64,000 bases of DNA from Selaginella moellendorffii (GCF_000143415.4 NW_003314270.1:1481048-1545047), one strand, 5' to 3'; shown: positions 1-15,153, numbered from the stretch's first letter. Translations and numbers: made by a program. Notes: generated by a model not told the origin, from the letters alone.

Positions 1-833
<833 letters not shown>

Positions 834-836
<3 letters not shown>

Positions 837-1282
837 CATACAAAACATTTTGCTTTACAGCCCCCTGTGTGTGGGTGGTCCTTGCTACGCATTTCATGAT
901 CGACCATTCAAAGCTTGTGGTGGTCTAGAGAAGATTTGTAAAATCTCTTTACAGCCTTTAAAAATCTCTCGCTCACAGAGATTTCCTCACAGTCCAGCGC
1001 CAACAAAGAGGCCAGAGAGCTCAGGAGTAGTAGAATAGCAGTAGAGCAAGAGCATCCCCAGCCCCAGCCCCAGCTCAAGGGCCAGGCAGCCAACAAAGCT
1101 CTGTGGCCTCTTTGGACACTGTGAAGGCCATGGTTTTAATTGCAAGTTTGTCCTTCTTGGAAGAAAGAAAAAAAAGGAGAAAAAAAAGAAGAAGAAGAAG
1201 AAGAAGCAAAGATCTCCCCAGCCAGCAGTAGTGGAGGAGTGATTTGAGTGAGTGTAGTGAATGGTGGTTGCTTTCTTCTCCA
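834..1282 (+). repeat. Duplicated copy of 23668-24126 (region upstream of the 24360 ORF)
   Basis: Direct high-identity match (catacaaaacattttgctttacag... to ...ctttcttctcca). CAC microhomology at the left junction. Confidence 0.9.
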
Positions 1283-1345
1283 ATTTGACACGAGCCCAGA
1301 TCAAGATCTAGTGCTCTGGAGCGCAATGCTCGCCGCCCACAACAG
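1283..1345 (+). pseudogene. PPR-motif-like gene fragment
   Basis: Translates as FDTSPDQDLVLWSAMLAAH, resembling the PLS-class PPR boundary motif F..MP.RD+V.W.AM+AA. Confidence 0.45.
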
Positions 1346-1624
1346 CTGCAGCAGCAACGACGACCCCCGGAGCTCGTTACCTTTCCAAAAATTCGACGAT
1401 CCCACCCGGAGAGGCACACTGCTTCAACCCGTAGAAACTCTCCAAACGTAAGTAAGGACATCACAGAAAAACAGACCTTCGCAAGTATGTTGTTGATGAG
1501 ATTGTTATGGTGAATCTTCGAATCTAGGCACTGTTTACAACAAAGGGACGCAACATAAGTTAAAAAGTTAAGCTGGGAAAACGATTTGCGATTCTAGATT
1601 CTTATCGTTTCTTCTGTTTGACAG

Positions 1625-2102
1625 TTCATGGTGAAAAAGGGACGTGTTTTGACGCCCTCGGCGGATTACTGCTTACCAGGAATCACACGAGAAACCGTAA
1701 CAACTTTCCAACTGAGCTTCTCATCTCACTAACTCCTTGACTCTCCTTGTCCAGGTTATTGAGCTCGTGAAACAAGAAAAAATCGCAATGATCGAGAGAA
1801 GGATTTCATTGACAGAGTTTCACACAGCAGACGAGGTAGCTTTAGTAAACCCGTCATCATCTAGATTGACTTAAGAGTTGTGTTCTTCCAACGCTATAGG
1901 TGTGGACAACGGGAACAATGGGAGAGCTCACACTGGTATTTACTAGCTTTCCATATCCTTTCATGTGTGAATTTGCAAAACTCCTGATGATCTAGGTCAT
2001 AGAGATCGATGGCCGACGAATTGGAAGCTCACGTCGCGAGGATCCAAGCCGCTTATAAAGCTCTCACAGACAAAGAAGGTGAGCCCATCCCTTGCAAGTG
2101 AG
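1625..2102 (+). pseudogene. 3' exons of a class IV aminotransferase (BCAT-like), no 5' part
   Basis: Spliced peptides FMVKKGRVLTPSADYCLPGITRET / VIELVKQEKIAMIERRISLTEFHTADE / VWTTGTMGEL / VIEIDGRRIG with GT-AG introns. Confidence 0.8.
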
Positions 2103-2209
2103 AGATAGCCAAGTACCATGTATTTCTTTTCTCTCGGTGACTTTGAAAAGGTCAGTGGCTTTGGTTTGTTAATTTAAGCTTAAACTGTGGGTTTAATTGG
2201 TGAAAAGAT

Positions 2210-2800
2210 TGGAGAGAAGGCTAAAGGTAACAGTAACGTGATCAAGAAGGGAAAGAACACAAAGTGGCAGCAAGAGGAGGAGGGACAAGTAGGAAGTAAT
2301 AGCCATCCCAAAGAAAAGTCTGAGCAGCAAGGAGATTGATGAGTTAGATATCACTTAGCATCAAGATTTCTATAACTTCTGGCCACGACCGATGTCCAAG
2401 CTATTGACACCAGACTACCTCCACTGTGCTGGAGCTCTACTGCATCCAAGAGAGAAGAGATCGCGACGATGATGATGAGAGGAATGCTCAGCTCTTGGTG
2501 GTGATTGGCGGGACAAAATGCTACATGATGAGGCAACTCGAGGACCTTTGCAACTCTAGAAGATGCACGGGAGACAAGGTCTGGTATGGGGTTCAAATCA
2601 AAGAAGGCAAAAACTTTTGCATGCTATTCAAGTAAAAGTTTGATAGGACGAGAGCAAGCATGATCTGGGAGATGTCCAAGCAAATCCATGCCCAAAATTG
2701 CATGAAGAAGACAAATAACATGATTCAAGAAATCCTCTCCCATATATCATTGAGAATGGTTACTTCTGTCCAATCTTTATGGAGAGCATTCACTATTGAT
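2210..2800 (+). pseudogene. Degenerate copy of the 224-aa ORF at 11958-12632
   Basis: Clear nucleotide homology (ELYCIQERRD...NAQLLVVIGG...KVWYGVQIKEG) with stops and deletions. Confidence 0.85.
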
Positions 2801-2851
2801 CTAAATCAGTGTATTTATTGATTGTAAGAACATTAAAACCTAGCCATGTTC

Positions 2852-5800
2852 GCCATAGCCATGTTTGCCAACACTGCCACTGGATCGAGGCCCACAGGCC
2901 CGACCACTAAGTCCCACGGTCCTCTGGGACTTCCTCACCACTTGACTGTATCCTTAGTCACTACACTAGAGGATTACTCCTCTTCCTTTCCACAATCTGG
3001 GCCTTTGGGACAACATTTCGGAATACTGTGGCCCTACGCGGGCCTCATGGGTACTCTCCCCGCCTTCTGCCTTTGGGTGCTCTAGCCATGGGCTTAGAGC
3101 GAGGTTTTGTTGAGCCACGCCAGGTATCCAAGTAGGTAGTGCCACCCACACTTGGACTGGGAGCATCGGCCAGTCGATCTCCCAAAGAAACTAGAGTCGG
3201 CTCTTGAACACTGCACCAAGCTACCCCGCTTGTTGGTCCGTATTCACTTTAGTCTTGGACTTCCCAATGGTCAGTTCATCACCCAACACTAGGTATGGCC
3301 TTCCTAGGCCAAACTAGCCTTTCCTGGGCCAAACTAGCCTTTCCTGGGCCAAACTAGCCTTTTCTGGCCAAACTGACTCCACTGGGCTCCAACCCCCACA
3401 CTCTCCCTACTATACTTTTGGAACCCCCTACAGCCGCCCCCCCCCCCTCCCCTGCCCAAGGGACGATCGCTTTGGGCATTCACCCAACTGCTTGTATTAG
3501 TATTCAAACTCGAACTCGAACTCGGTCTCAATCCCGGTTTCGGACTCGGACTCAGACTCGGTCTCGATCTCAGTCTCAATCTCGGTCTTGGTTCCATCTC
3601 GGACTCCATCTCGGGTTTCATCTCGGACTCCATCTCGGGTCCATCTCGGACTCCATCCCGGGTCCATCTCAGACTCCATTTCGGACTCCATCTTAGACTC
3701 CATCTCGGGTCCATCTCGGACTCCATCTCGGACTCCATCTCGGACTCCATTTTGGACTCTGTCTTGGGTCTATCTCGGATCCATCTCAGACACTTCCACG
3801 TGTCATGTGTTGGTCCTTTTTGGGTCCCTTTTTGGAGCCTTGCTTATTGGTTGCCTCATGCTCGCTTGTCGAGCACTTTGTTGGGAGTTCCACTCCCGCT
3901 CTCGACCTTCTAAGTCAGAGCTTTTAGTCCAAACGTGTTACGCTCATTTGGCTTTTGCTTCAGCCACTACCATGTGGCACCCTTTCTGGCTCCACTTTGG
4001 GGCCTAGGGATTTTGTGTCTCACAAATCCACCACCCATAGACGAAGTTCGATGTCCTCATCGAACGATAAACTATTTTATAAAGTAATATCAACTTGTAT
4101 TACCATTTCCATCCTTGGCCCCTCACCAATATTCGTCAATGGTTTGATATTGAAGGCTTGCCATGCCTTGCCCATCCTCTAAGGAGGATAGTCTCTCCAA
4201 CTTAGAGACTGATTAGACCACTTGTAGTGGTTCTCTCCTTTTATTGGTTTAGTTCTCGCTAAACCTGTTAAAGATATCGTCTATATCTCAATCCTGCTAC
4301 TTCTCAAGTAGTCTCAGTTTCCATCGACATAACCTTTGCACTTTGGAACATTTACTTTTGACTTCTTGAAGTCAATTTCCTAGGTGTCTCCGACACCTTG
4401 CATTGCACATATTGTGCAAGTCCACTTCCCTATCCTAGGAAGTTTTTTACTTGAGGGCACCATCATCTTCTTTTCTGTTTTGTGCCACCCTTGGCACTAT
4501 GTTCCAATTATCATCATTTGTGCCAGAGCTGTCCACAGCCCTATCCTTTGGTTACTTTGTTGCTCCTCACATGGAACTTTTACTTTGCCAAATTGGAGCA
4601 CTTGGGAATCTATCCTTAGAAGTCCACTTCCTTTCCCGCAATCCATTAACATCAAACACATTAGTGTTCCTTGGCTAACCTTGCCATTTGGATTCCTCCC
4701 ATTAAATTCCATGGCCCAAACTTGGCCACTAGTCTTTTGCTCCTATTCATTGATTGTTGCATCAAGCAACATACCTCCCTCCTTGAGGTATTCTTTTAGT
4801 TCCATGGCAAAGCTCCACTTCACCAAGTCTAGAGGGTGCTCACCCCTAGTAGGTCTCTTTAGCAACTTCTGCAATGGGCCCCTTCCACGGCCCAACATTG
4901 TGACCCTCCCATAGGTCCTTTCTAGAGACTACTTTCTTGAACTCACAATACCATTGTATCGTCATAGTTCATTTCCCTTAGGTGTCCTTCCCACTTGGTC
5001 ATCTTGACCAAGCCACACCATTATCAATAGTTCAAATCAACGTTTTGAACTAGGAACTTTGTTCCTTAGCCTCACAAGGACCTCGTCCTTGTTTAGCCGT
5101 ACGATCACCTAGTGATTTAATCTTGACACCTTAACAAGTTTGCCAATAGGTACTAGGTCTTCTAGACCTTTAACTTGTTGACCATGACCCTGGGGGCATC
5201 CCCCACATTTGGCGGTGCACCCAAGCCAGCCCTTCTGGCCAAGGATCCATAGCAACTAAGACTGGGTGTCCCCATCTCATTCACCACGTCCTCAGTGTTA
5301 CTCGCACCAAAGTGTTCAAGTTAGATATGCTGAGCCACACTAAGCAATCTAACTGTGCATCATGACTCCGGAGCATCCCCCGCTTGGCGGTGTGCCCAAG
5401 CCAATCTCTTCACTGAGAGTCCATGACCACCGAAATATGAGTGTCCTCATATTCCAAACCATCACCACACCCTAGTGATTTGGGACTCGAACCCAAGCAC
5501 TAAAGGGTCGGGACTCGAACCCAACCTCTGTGTAAGCTCCTGAGTTTGGACTTCCCGGGAGGTCACCCAACCCAGTACTATTCAAACCCAAGGACGCTTA
5601 ACTCCAACTATCCCAAGACCCTTAACTGATTGGAAAAGGGGGTGCACTTTTATTCATAGGCCCTTTCCCTCTATATTTGAACCCCTATGGATCGTCTCTC
5701 AAGTCGTTCCCTTTGGTTGCTTACACTCTGTATATGCATCTACGGACGGCATCACCCAGGATGCCTGGCGTGACTCCCCACGCCGGTGCACCAACTTATA

Positions 5801-8800
5801 CTTAAAGCGCGCTATAGATCACAGCTTAGGAACTTAATTCCTCCACACTGCTAAGTCCTCTCACTTGACACGTTTGTGATCATGCATGGACTCCTCCACA
5901 CTTGGCCCCATGGCCCCCCTTTATGAAGTTATCACTTTCAATTAGGGTATTTGTTCCCCCGACTTGCCAATCTCGCTTGGCAAGTCCTTCAACCACCGTA
6001 ACATGGTTCTTGCATAAGCGTGAAAGTCCTTGACCATCGACTTTCATTCAAAGCCCTCTCTTTGAACACTCAGGAACTACTTCCCTTCCCAAAGACGATT
6101 CTAGGTAGCTTAGTACCTAGAAAGGCCAAGTGTAAATGGTTCATGGAACGCATGAAACCAAAGTAGCGCAGCAAAAGTGTGGTCTTGAAACTTGCCAGGA
6201 GGCAAGGCTATCAAGGTTACCTTAAAGGGACTCTATCCCTTAGCTTGCCTAGGCCTCCCTTTTTGCAAGCTTTCTAGTTGCTATATAGTCTAACATGGAC
6301 AATTCCATATTTTAGACTCTCTATAGCATCAAGGTTGCTAACAACAATACCCTCGAGCCCCCACTTGATTCTCCACTCCCAGCTGGCATAACCAACCTTG
6401 GTCATGCCCTTCGATTCCTACGGTTCGGTTCTATCCCCTTACTACTTGCTTTTGGCTTCACACCTTTCCTTCGGTCATTCTCCTCCAGACTAGGAGGATA
6501 GCTTCGCACTTTTTATCATGCTTTAGCAAGTATTCTTAGGGATGAACCTACCTGATAGCCTAAGGAGTGGTTCCTCAATCCAGGTATACTCATTTTATAA
6601 TCCCACACACCGGGATTAACGTTGTTGCTCATGGGCCTTCACTAGCCTTGCCAAAATTCCATTTTTGGTTTTATCCAATTCGGGTAGACAGTTTTCTCCC
6701 GTCTCTGCAACCTTGGACATTTGGATAGCACCTTCTATCCATCATTCGCTAAGGATTTAGTCCCTTGGGCATTATCTATTGCCCTCGCGACACTAAATAC
6801 CACCTCCTGGTGTTCCAGAGTGTTTGGGTGTCCCAATGATGGTCTCCTTGACAATGAATATTTCCTTTTACGACATTAACTCACTATATCGCAACATAAG
6901 CAATTTATCCCCTGTAAGGGTATATCTAACTTCTTTATGCCATTAAGAAGTCTTGAGTATCTATCTTCTACCTGTTTAACCAATTATCTTCACACCTCTT
7001 GCTTAGTTGCCCCATAGTTGTCAAGTCCTACAACTCATTACTTGGTGCTTCCACACCTCCATCATTATTTGGGTCACCATACTCTAACCACATGCCTTCT
7101 AGCTTAGGCCATGCCATTTCTGCTTCCGTTAGGATTCCCTTGGCAAGGGGTTCTTATGAACCCACCATCATAACCTCAAGGTATCACACCTTGGCACATT
7201 TGGTGTCTCCACACCATCAGCCCCACGAGCCTACCCTTATGACACTACTTATTAGTGTTTAGGTCTTTGCCAAGACCAATATAGTTGTTCCTCATACTAA
7301 CTATTCGTTAGCACCACACCATAGTGTTTGCACCCAACTCTGGGCCAAAGTTGCTTTCTTCTGGGAACATTTTTCCCACAACTTTAGTATAGCACATTCT
7401 GCCATCAATGAGATACCTACTGTTCTCATACTTGGATCTTATGATCCTCCCCATACCTCATAGGGCTCCATACACCTCAGTCCAAATGTTTCAACCAATC
7501 CCTTAGGATTATTCCTTAACTCTTATTTGAGTCATCTAGCTTTTTGGACTTTATCATCCGACGACCCGTGATGTCCTACTTTTGAGGTGCTAACTCACTG
7601 GAATACAACTTCTTGTATTCAGGTCCTACTCGCAAGGACCATCTTTGCAAGTGTTACTCCGACACTTGTTTTGTTCTCTTGGGGCAACCTTTTGCCCCTT
7701 AAGACCACTTATCCATGTGATGAGAATACCAATTCATCCTCTGAGTACACCCCCAACTCCTTGGGTTGTTCTAGCATTTATTAAAGGTAGCCCCAGCTAC
7801 CATTTCGAGGACTTGTGTCCTCTTCCGTATTTGACCTCCCATGGTCTTCAATTCCGGTCTCAAAGTTATGAGCACTAGCCTCAACTATATGAGGGTAATC
7901 TTATGACTCCTTTATTGTTTTGGAGTCTGCATCTTTCCCGTGATCCTAACTATAGTTGTTTACCCCAACTACATTAGCCTGTTTGCTGCGTCAAACGCTT
8001 ATCTGTATCACATCCTCAACTCTTTGAGGAAACCCTTATACTGTTCCCAAGATCCCAAAGTCGTTCCATCATTGGCCCTTTTCTATCCACCACCTTGCCT
8101 ACAAGTTCACACATGAACTGTAATGGAGAGCCATGTCTTCCCGACTTGCTACTCCTCAAGCATAAGCCCACTCCTAGGACCTTCCGATGCTAATATTAGT
8201 GGTGATATACTTCAGCACCAATAAAAGTCGGACTAAGGAACAGCTCTGATACCAAATTGTGAGCAACTAAATTTTTCCATTCTACTTTAGTCACTTAACC
8301 ACACCTCCGACCACTTGGAGGAGTCTAAATCACAACCTCTATAAGTCCTATTTCGGGCTTGGGCTTGCTAGCCCCGAGAACAGCATCCCCGCCACTCAAC
8401 CTTTGCACTAGGTCCAAGTGCTCCACTTGTCCGGTCCCATGACCGACACCCCAAGGTACCATCGACATATTAGTTTGTTACGCTAAGGCCATGCCCCTCC
8501 ACCTTAGTCACACTGGGTGTCTAACACCACCTACATCACAGTCCCATCTCTCAAGGACATGGCCATCCATCCATGAGTGATCATTCTAGATCCACTCTTT
8601 AGCATCCTTAGGAGGCCCACAAACATGGGGATTAGCCTTCCCCAATATCCTTTTTCCAGTCCCCACCAAGCCCCTTTCTGCCCATAGCCATGTTTGCCAA
8701 CATTGTCACTAGATCGAGGCCCACAGACCCGACCACTAAGTCCCACGGTCCTCTGGGACTTCCTCACCACCTGACTGTATCCTTGGGCACTACACCAGAG

Positions 8801-9723
8801 GATTACTCCTCTTCCTTTCCACAGTCTGGGCCTTTGGGACAACATTTCGGAATACCGTAGCCCTATGCGGGCCTCATGGGTACTCTCCCCGCCTTCCGCC
8901 TTTGGGTGCTCTAGCCATGGGCCTAGAGCAAGGTTCCGTTGAGCCACGCCAGGTATCCAAGTAGGTAGTGCCACCCACACTTGGACTGGGAGCATCGACC
9001 AATCGATCTCGTGGGGGAACTAGAGTCGGCTCTTGAACACTACACCAAGCTACCCCACTTGTCGGTCCATATTCACTCTAGTCTTGGACTTCCCAGTGGT
9101 CAGTTCATCACCCAACACTGGGTATGGCCTTCTTGGGCCAAACTAGCCTTTCCTATGCCAAACTGGCCTTTCCTAGCCAAACTGGCTCCATTGGGCTCTA
9201 ACCCCCACACTCTCCCTACTATACTTTTGGAACCCCCTGCAGCCCCCACCCCCGCCCCCGCCCCCTGGGGACGATCACTTTGGGCTTTCACCCAACTGCC
9301 TATATTAGTATTCGGACTCGAACTCGGGTCCATCTCGGACTCCATCCCAGACTCCGTCTCGAGTCCATCTCAGACTCCATTTCAGACTCCATCTCGGGTC
9401 CATCTTGGACTCCATCTTAGTCCATCTCAAACTCCATCTCGAACTCCATTTCAGACTCCGTCTTGGGTCTATCTCGGATCCATCTTGGACATTTCCACGT
9501 GTCATGTGTTGGTCCTTTTTGGGTCCTTTTCTGGAGCCTTGCTTATTGGTTGTCTCGTGCTCGCTCCTCGAGCATTTTGTTGGGAGTTCCACTCCCGCTC
9601 TCGACCTTCGAAGTTGGAGCTTTTAGTCTAAATGTGTTACACTCGTTTGGCTTTCGCTTCGGCCACTACCATGTGGCACCCTTTCCGGCTCCACTTTGGG
9701 GCCTAGGGATTTTGTGTCTCACA
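2852..9723 (-). mobile_element. Non-autonomous (LARD-like) LTR retrotransposon, copy 1
   Basis: 5' LTR 8258-9723 (TGTGAG...CTCACA). PBS TGGTATCAGAGC (tRNA-iMet) at 8243-8254. PPT-like ATGGGTGGTGGA at ~4027-4038. 3' LTR 2852-4024, truncated by ~430 bp. Internal region has no long ORF. Confidence 0.92.
5531..5725 (-). mobile_element. Cassandra-like solo LTR carrying a 5S rRNA-derived segment
   Basis: TGTAAGC...GCTTACA termini and CTCTG TSD (5526-5530, 5726-5730). Absent from the homologous site in copy 2 (~61876). Minus strand of 5548-5603 reads AGTTAAGCGTCCTTGGGTTTGAATAGTACTGGGTTGGGTGACCTCCCGGGAAGTCC, matching the 5S A-box/IE/C-box region. Confidence 0.9.
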
Positions 9724-11499
9724 GAAATCTTATTTGCTGTGGAAGGTATTAATCAATTTGGTACGATCAGGTGTTCCAGGCAAATAAACAACTGGTAAAC
9801 AAATTGAGTATAATTGGCAATGACCCTTCTCAAAAAAGTGATTACTTTGAACTTTATAAATGTTTTTCATGGATAATTAAAAAAATTATTTTTCTAATGA
9901 GAATATATTATATTATTATTTTATATAATACCATTTTATAATCAATTGAAAAAAGGATAAATTTTTTAAATAGAAAATTTGTAATTTTTATAGAAATTAT
10001 TCTTGCCTACCTAATGTCAGTATCAATATAAACTCTAGCAAGATATCCATTGGGATTAAAGCAAGTTGAAGGGGTGTCACTTAAGGATGTAGTATCCAAA
10101 GCTGGGTTAGTTGATATAGCGACTTGATATTCCAAGAGTGTTTATTATTGATTGTAAGAACATAACAATCCTATAATTGAAACCAACATAATAGAAGGTA
10201 TCAAAATGGAGAATAAAAAATAATATGAATGACAAGAGATTTTTCTAGTTGTTGATGAATGGTTTATAATAATAATAGAAGCATTCATTAATCATTACTC
10301 CAACCTATAGAAACTTTCTAAATGTAAGTAAAGTTGTTAAATTTTTGTAGTGTATATGGTTTTCACATTTTATCCTATAGTGATTTACTATAAGATAACC
10401 ATAAAGCAGAACCCAAGTTTAGGGTTATTGAAAAAAAAAATGAAGCCAAACCATTAAACATACAACTAATGAATAAAAGAATTGAAATGACTCCTAAGTG
10501 TTCAACCCAAAGAATGAAAGATAAAAATATAGAGTGACATCAGAATAGTTCTAAAGTATCCAACATCCTAATGCCAAAACAAAATAAAGTTAAACAAAAT
10601 TTAGTGTTATTTTGATATATTGGTGGCTTATTGTGATGATATATATATAGGATAGACATATAAGCAAGAGCCAAACTACGCTTCAAGTTGGTCGGCTAAC
10701 CTATTATCTCTACTATATATTTAGAACCCGTACATATTTTAGGCTTCTAAGTCAATCATGAAAACTTATTAAATATGAAATAATGTTAAATTGCAAATAT
10801 AGACATGAGAACAACTTTACTATGTTTAATCTCTATATTCCACCTAACTAGCAAATCTAGATTTTTCCCATAAATAGCCAATAAGACCTAACTAAATTAA
10901 CATATAGAGGAATGATAGTGAGAGTGCTTGACAATTATCACTTAGTGAGTATTGAGAGATCACACTTAATATCGCAAAAATTCCTACCACTAGCAAGTGT
11001 AAGTGAATATATGAGTTTCTCTAACTAAATTAAATATGCTTGACTAATAGCATTTAAGAATTTTGTTTTTATGCTCTTTTAACCAAGTGCACGTGAAGAT
11101 TAATTTCAAACTAGTTTGGGCAAAAACTAATAAAGGGTTAAACTAATCTCTAGTCATAGTGATAGTAAAAGAAGAATATCTAAAAGGATTTATATATAAT
11201 TAACTTTCAATACCCACAATTACATTTATGACATTTTTAGTTTTTTAACTTATATTGTGTCCCTTGTTGTAAAAAATGCATATAAAAAATGCATAGATTT
11301 GAAGATTCACCATAACAATCTCATAAACAAGATACTTCAGAAACTTAAGCACAGCTGTTTTCTCTATGATGTCCTTTTCAATGATTTGTCTTTCAGCATA
11401 GCAGACTCCAAGGGCTGCCAAAGTGGCAAAGATGGAGACCAAGGCAAAGATGGGCAAAGAGATCGCACAGAAAAATGCTACAAAAATAGTTAAGATGGC

Positions 11500-11805
11500 A
11501 AACCGATTTGTGAATCTAGATTTATATCGTTTCTTCTGTTTGACAGTTCATGGTGAAAAAGGGACGTGTTTTGACACCCCGCCAGATTACTGCTGACCAT
11601 AACATCTTCATTAACGGAATTTCACACAGCAGACGAGGTATCATCTAGATGGAACATTCTTCCAATGCTATAGGTGTGGACAACGGGAACAATGGGAGAG
11701 CTCACACTGGTATTTTCTAGCTTTCCATATCATTTTCATCTGTGAATTTGCAAATTTCCTGATGATCCAGGTAATAGAGATTGATGGCCGACAAATTAGA
11801 AGGTC
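11500..11805 (+). pseudogene. Second, more degraded copy of the BCAT-like 3' exons
   Basis: Homologous to 1579-2030 with internal deletions. Confidence 0.75.
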
Positions 11806-11957
11806 ATGTCGCATCTTTCTTTTTTCAAGGCCACCTTCTTGGTGAGTTTTGCCATCACATAATTTCTTGAAAAGGCTTAAACTGTGGGTTCCGTGAATTG
11901 CCTTTTCTTGTTCCATATAAATAGACCCTTTAGGTTTGACGAAAAGGATTATCAGCG

Positions 11958-12632
11958 ATGGAGAGCGTGGACAAGAAGGCCAAAGCTCCGATGGAGAGCG
12001 CCAAAGGTAACAGCGACGCGATCAAGAAGGGAAAGAACACGAAGAGGCAGCGAGAGGAGGAGGGACAAGCGGCCAGGGCCCCAAAGAGAAAGCGCCTCCA
12101 GGAAGTAGTGGCGAAGAAAAATCAGGTAGCATGTAACATTGATGGGTTAGATATCACTTGGCATCAAGATTTCCATGACTTCTGGCCGCGACCGACATCC
12201 AAGCTATTGACACCGGACTACCTCCACTGCGCTGGAGCTCAAGAGCTTTACAGGCTCCTCACCCAGGAGCTCTACTGCATCCAGGAGAGAAGAGATCACG
12301 ATGATCATGACAAGAGGAATGCCCAGCTCTTAGTGGTGATTGGCGGGACGAGATGCCACATGATGAGGCGACTTGAGGACCTGTGTAACTCTAGAAGATG
12401 CACGGGAGATAAGGTCTGGTATGGGGTTCAAATCAAAGAAGGCGGAAACTTTTGCACGCTATTCAAGTACAAGTTTGATGGGATGAGAGCGAGAATGATC
12501 CGGGAGATGTCCAAGGAAATCCATGCCCAAAACTGCGTGAAGAAGACAAACAACACAATCCAAGAGATCCTGTCCCATATCACGGGGAATGGTTACTTCT
12601 CTCCAATCCGTGTGGAGAGCGTCCACCATTGA
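11958..12632 (+). CDS. Intronless 224-aa protein of unknown function with an NLS-like PKRKR motif (possible restriction-endonuclease-like fold)
   Basis: Intact ATG-to-TGA ORF with TATAAATA ~40 bp upstream. A paralogous pseudocopy lies at 2210-2800. Confidence 0.6.
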   Translation: MESVDKKAKAPMESAKGNSDAIKKGKNTKRQREEEGQAARAPKRKRLQEVVAKKNQVACNIDGLDITWHQDFHDFWPRPTSKLLTPDYLHCAGAQELYRLLTQELYCIQERRDHDDHDKRNAQLLVVIGGTRCHMMRRLEDLCNSRRCTGDKVWYGVQIKEGGNFCTLFKYKFDGMRARMIREMSKEIHAQNCVKKTNNTIQEILSHITGNGYFSPIRVESVHH

Positions 12633-12725
12633 TCTAAAACAGTGTATTTAATGACTCTATCAAAATGGAGAACAAAAAATAGTGTGTTATTTCTCGTCTC
12701 TCTCTCTCTCGATCGATCGACATTG

Positions 12726-14294
<1,569 letters not shown>

Positions 14295-15153
14295 CGCCCC
14301 GCCCTCCCTGTGGCTCCTCCTCTCAAAGCATATTTCCTAGAGAATATTCCAAATCCCTAATTTATCGCCAAGAACCCTAAAAGCGTCGTCTTCTACTTCG
14401 GGTCCTGGAGAGTCTTGCGAGTCCTTCAATCCTACACGCGCTAGTGCCCAAACTGCGTCGTCCTTGTAGGATGAGTGGCCAATCAATCGATCCGACACGC
14501 CACAGAGGACAATGTTGGTGTGATACACGATTTAATCGGAACAAGGCAACAAACAGTCCCTGCTAAGATTCTTTCCCCTGGCCCATTTGTGATCGAGCGA
14601 CACACTGCCAAAACCCTCACTCGCTGGATCGTTCTCCATTTGGTCTCTAGCGATTAGCGTGTTACCGTGTGTGTGGCTTCCAATGGCGCTAACAAGTGTT
14701 TTTGTCCACGAGGGCATCCACGTCACAGAACGTGTCCACGCGGCAACGCAGGCGGCGGTACACGTGGCAGTCGCATTTATAATTCTTCTTTCCCCTTTCT
14801 CACAAACCATTCTCGTAGAGGGCTCTTTCTCCTCCTCCTTCCTCGAGCAAGCAATCAGCAACTTGGCTATGGCCACTGGCGCTTGCTCGATCTCATCCAG
14901 TCGCATAGGATAAAGGGTCTCTCGGGTTTGGGTCTCCTCGTCTTCTTCGCTACTCGCTCGATTCCTTCCGTGTCTTGTTGCGTGAGAGCACGCATTCCCA
15001 GCTCCCACTTTATGCCAGGATCCAATCCCCAAGCTCTCGGGCTGATGATCACACCAGCGGCCAGTCTCCCAGGACTCTGCTCGTCGCTGCACTCTCCACT
15101 CCCTCGAGCAGTGACCCTCTTGCTCGCGGCGGCGGCGGCGGCGGCGGCCAAGA

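Noticed and set aside
5548-5603. Functional 5S rRNA gene
   Set aside because: Only the internal ~56 nt match. The 5' and 3' ends of 5S are absent and the segment lies inside an LTR-like insert.
9724-11490. AT-rich block with a short hydrophobic ORF (11245-11457)
   Set aside because: No recognisable protein family, termini or TSD. Probably decayed repeat or fragment DNA.
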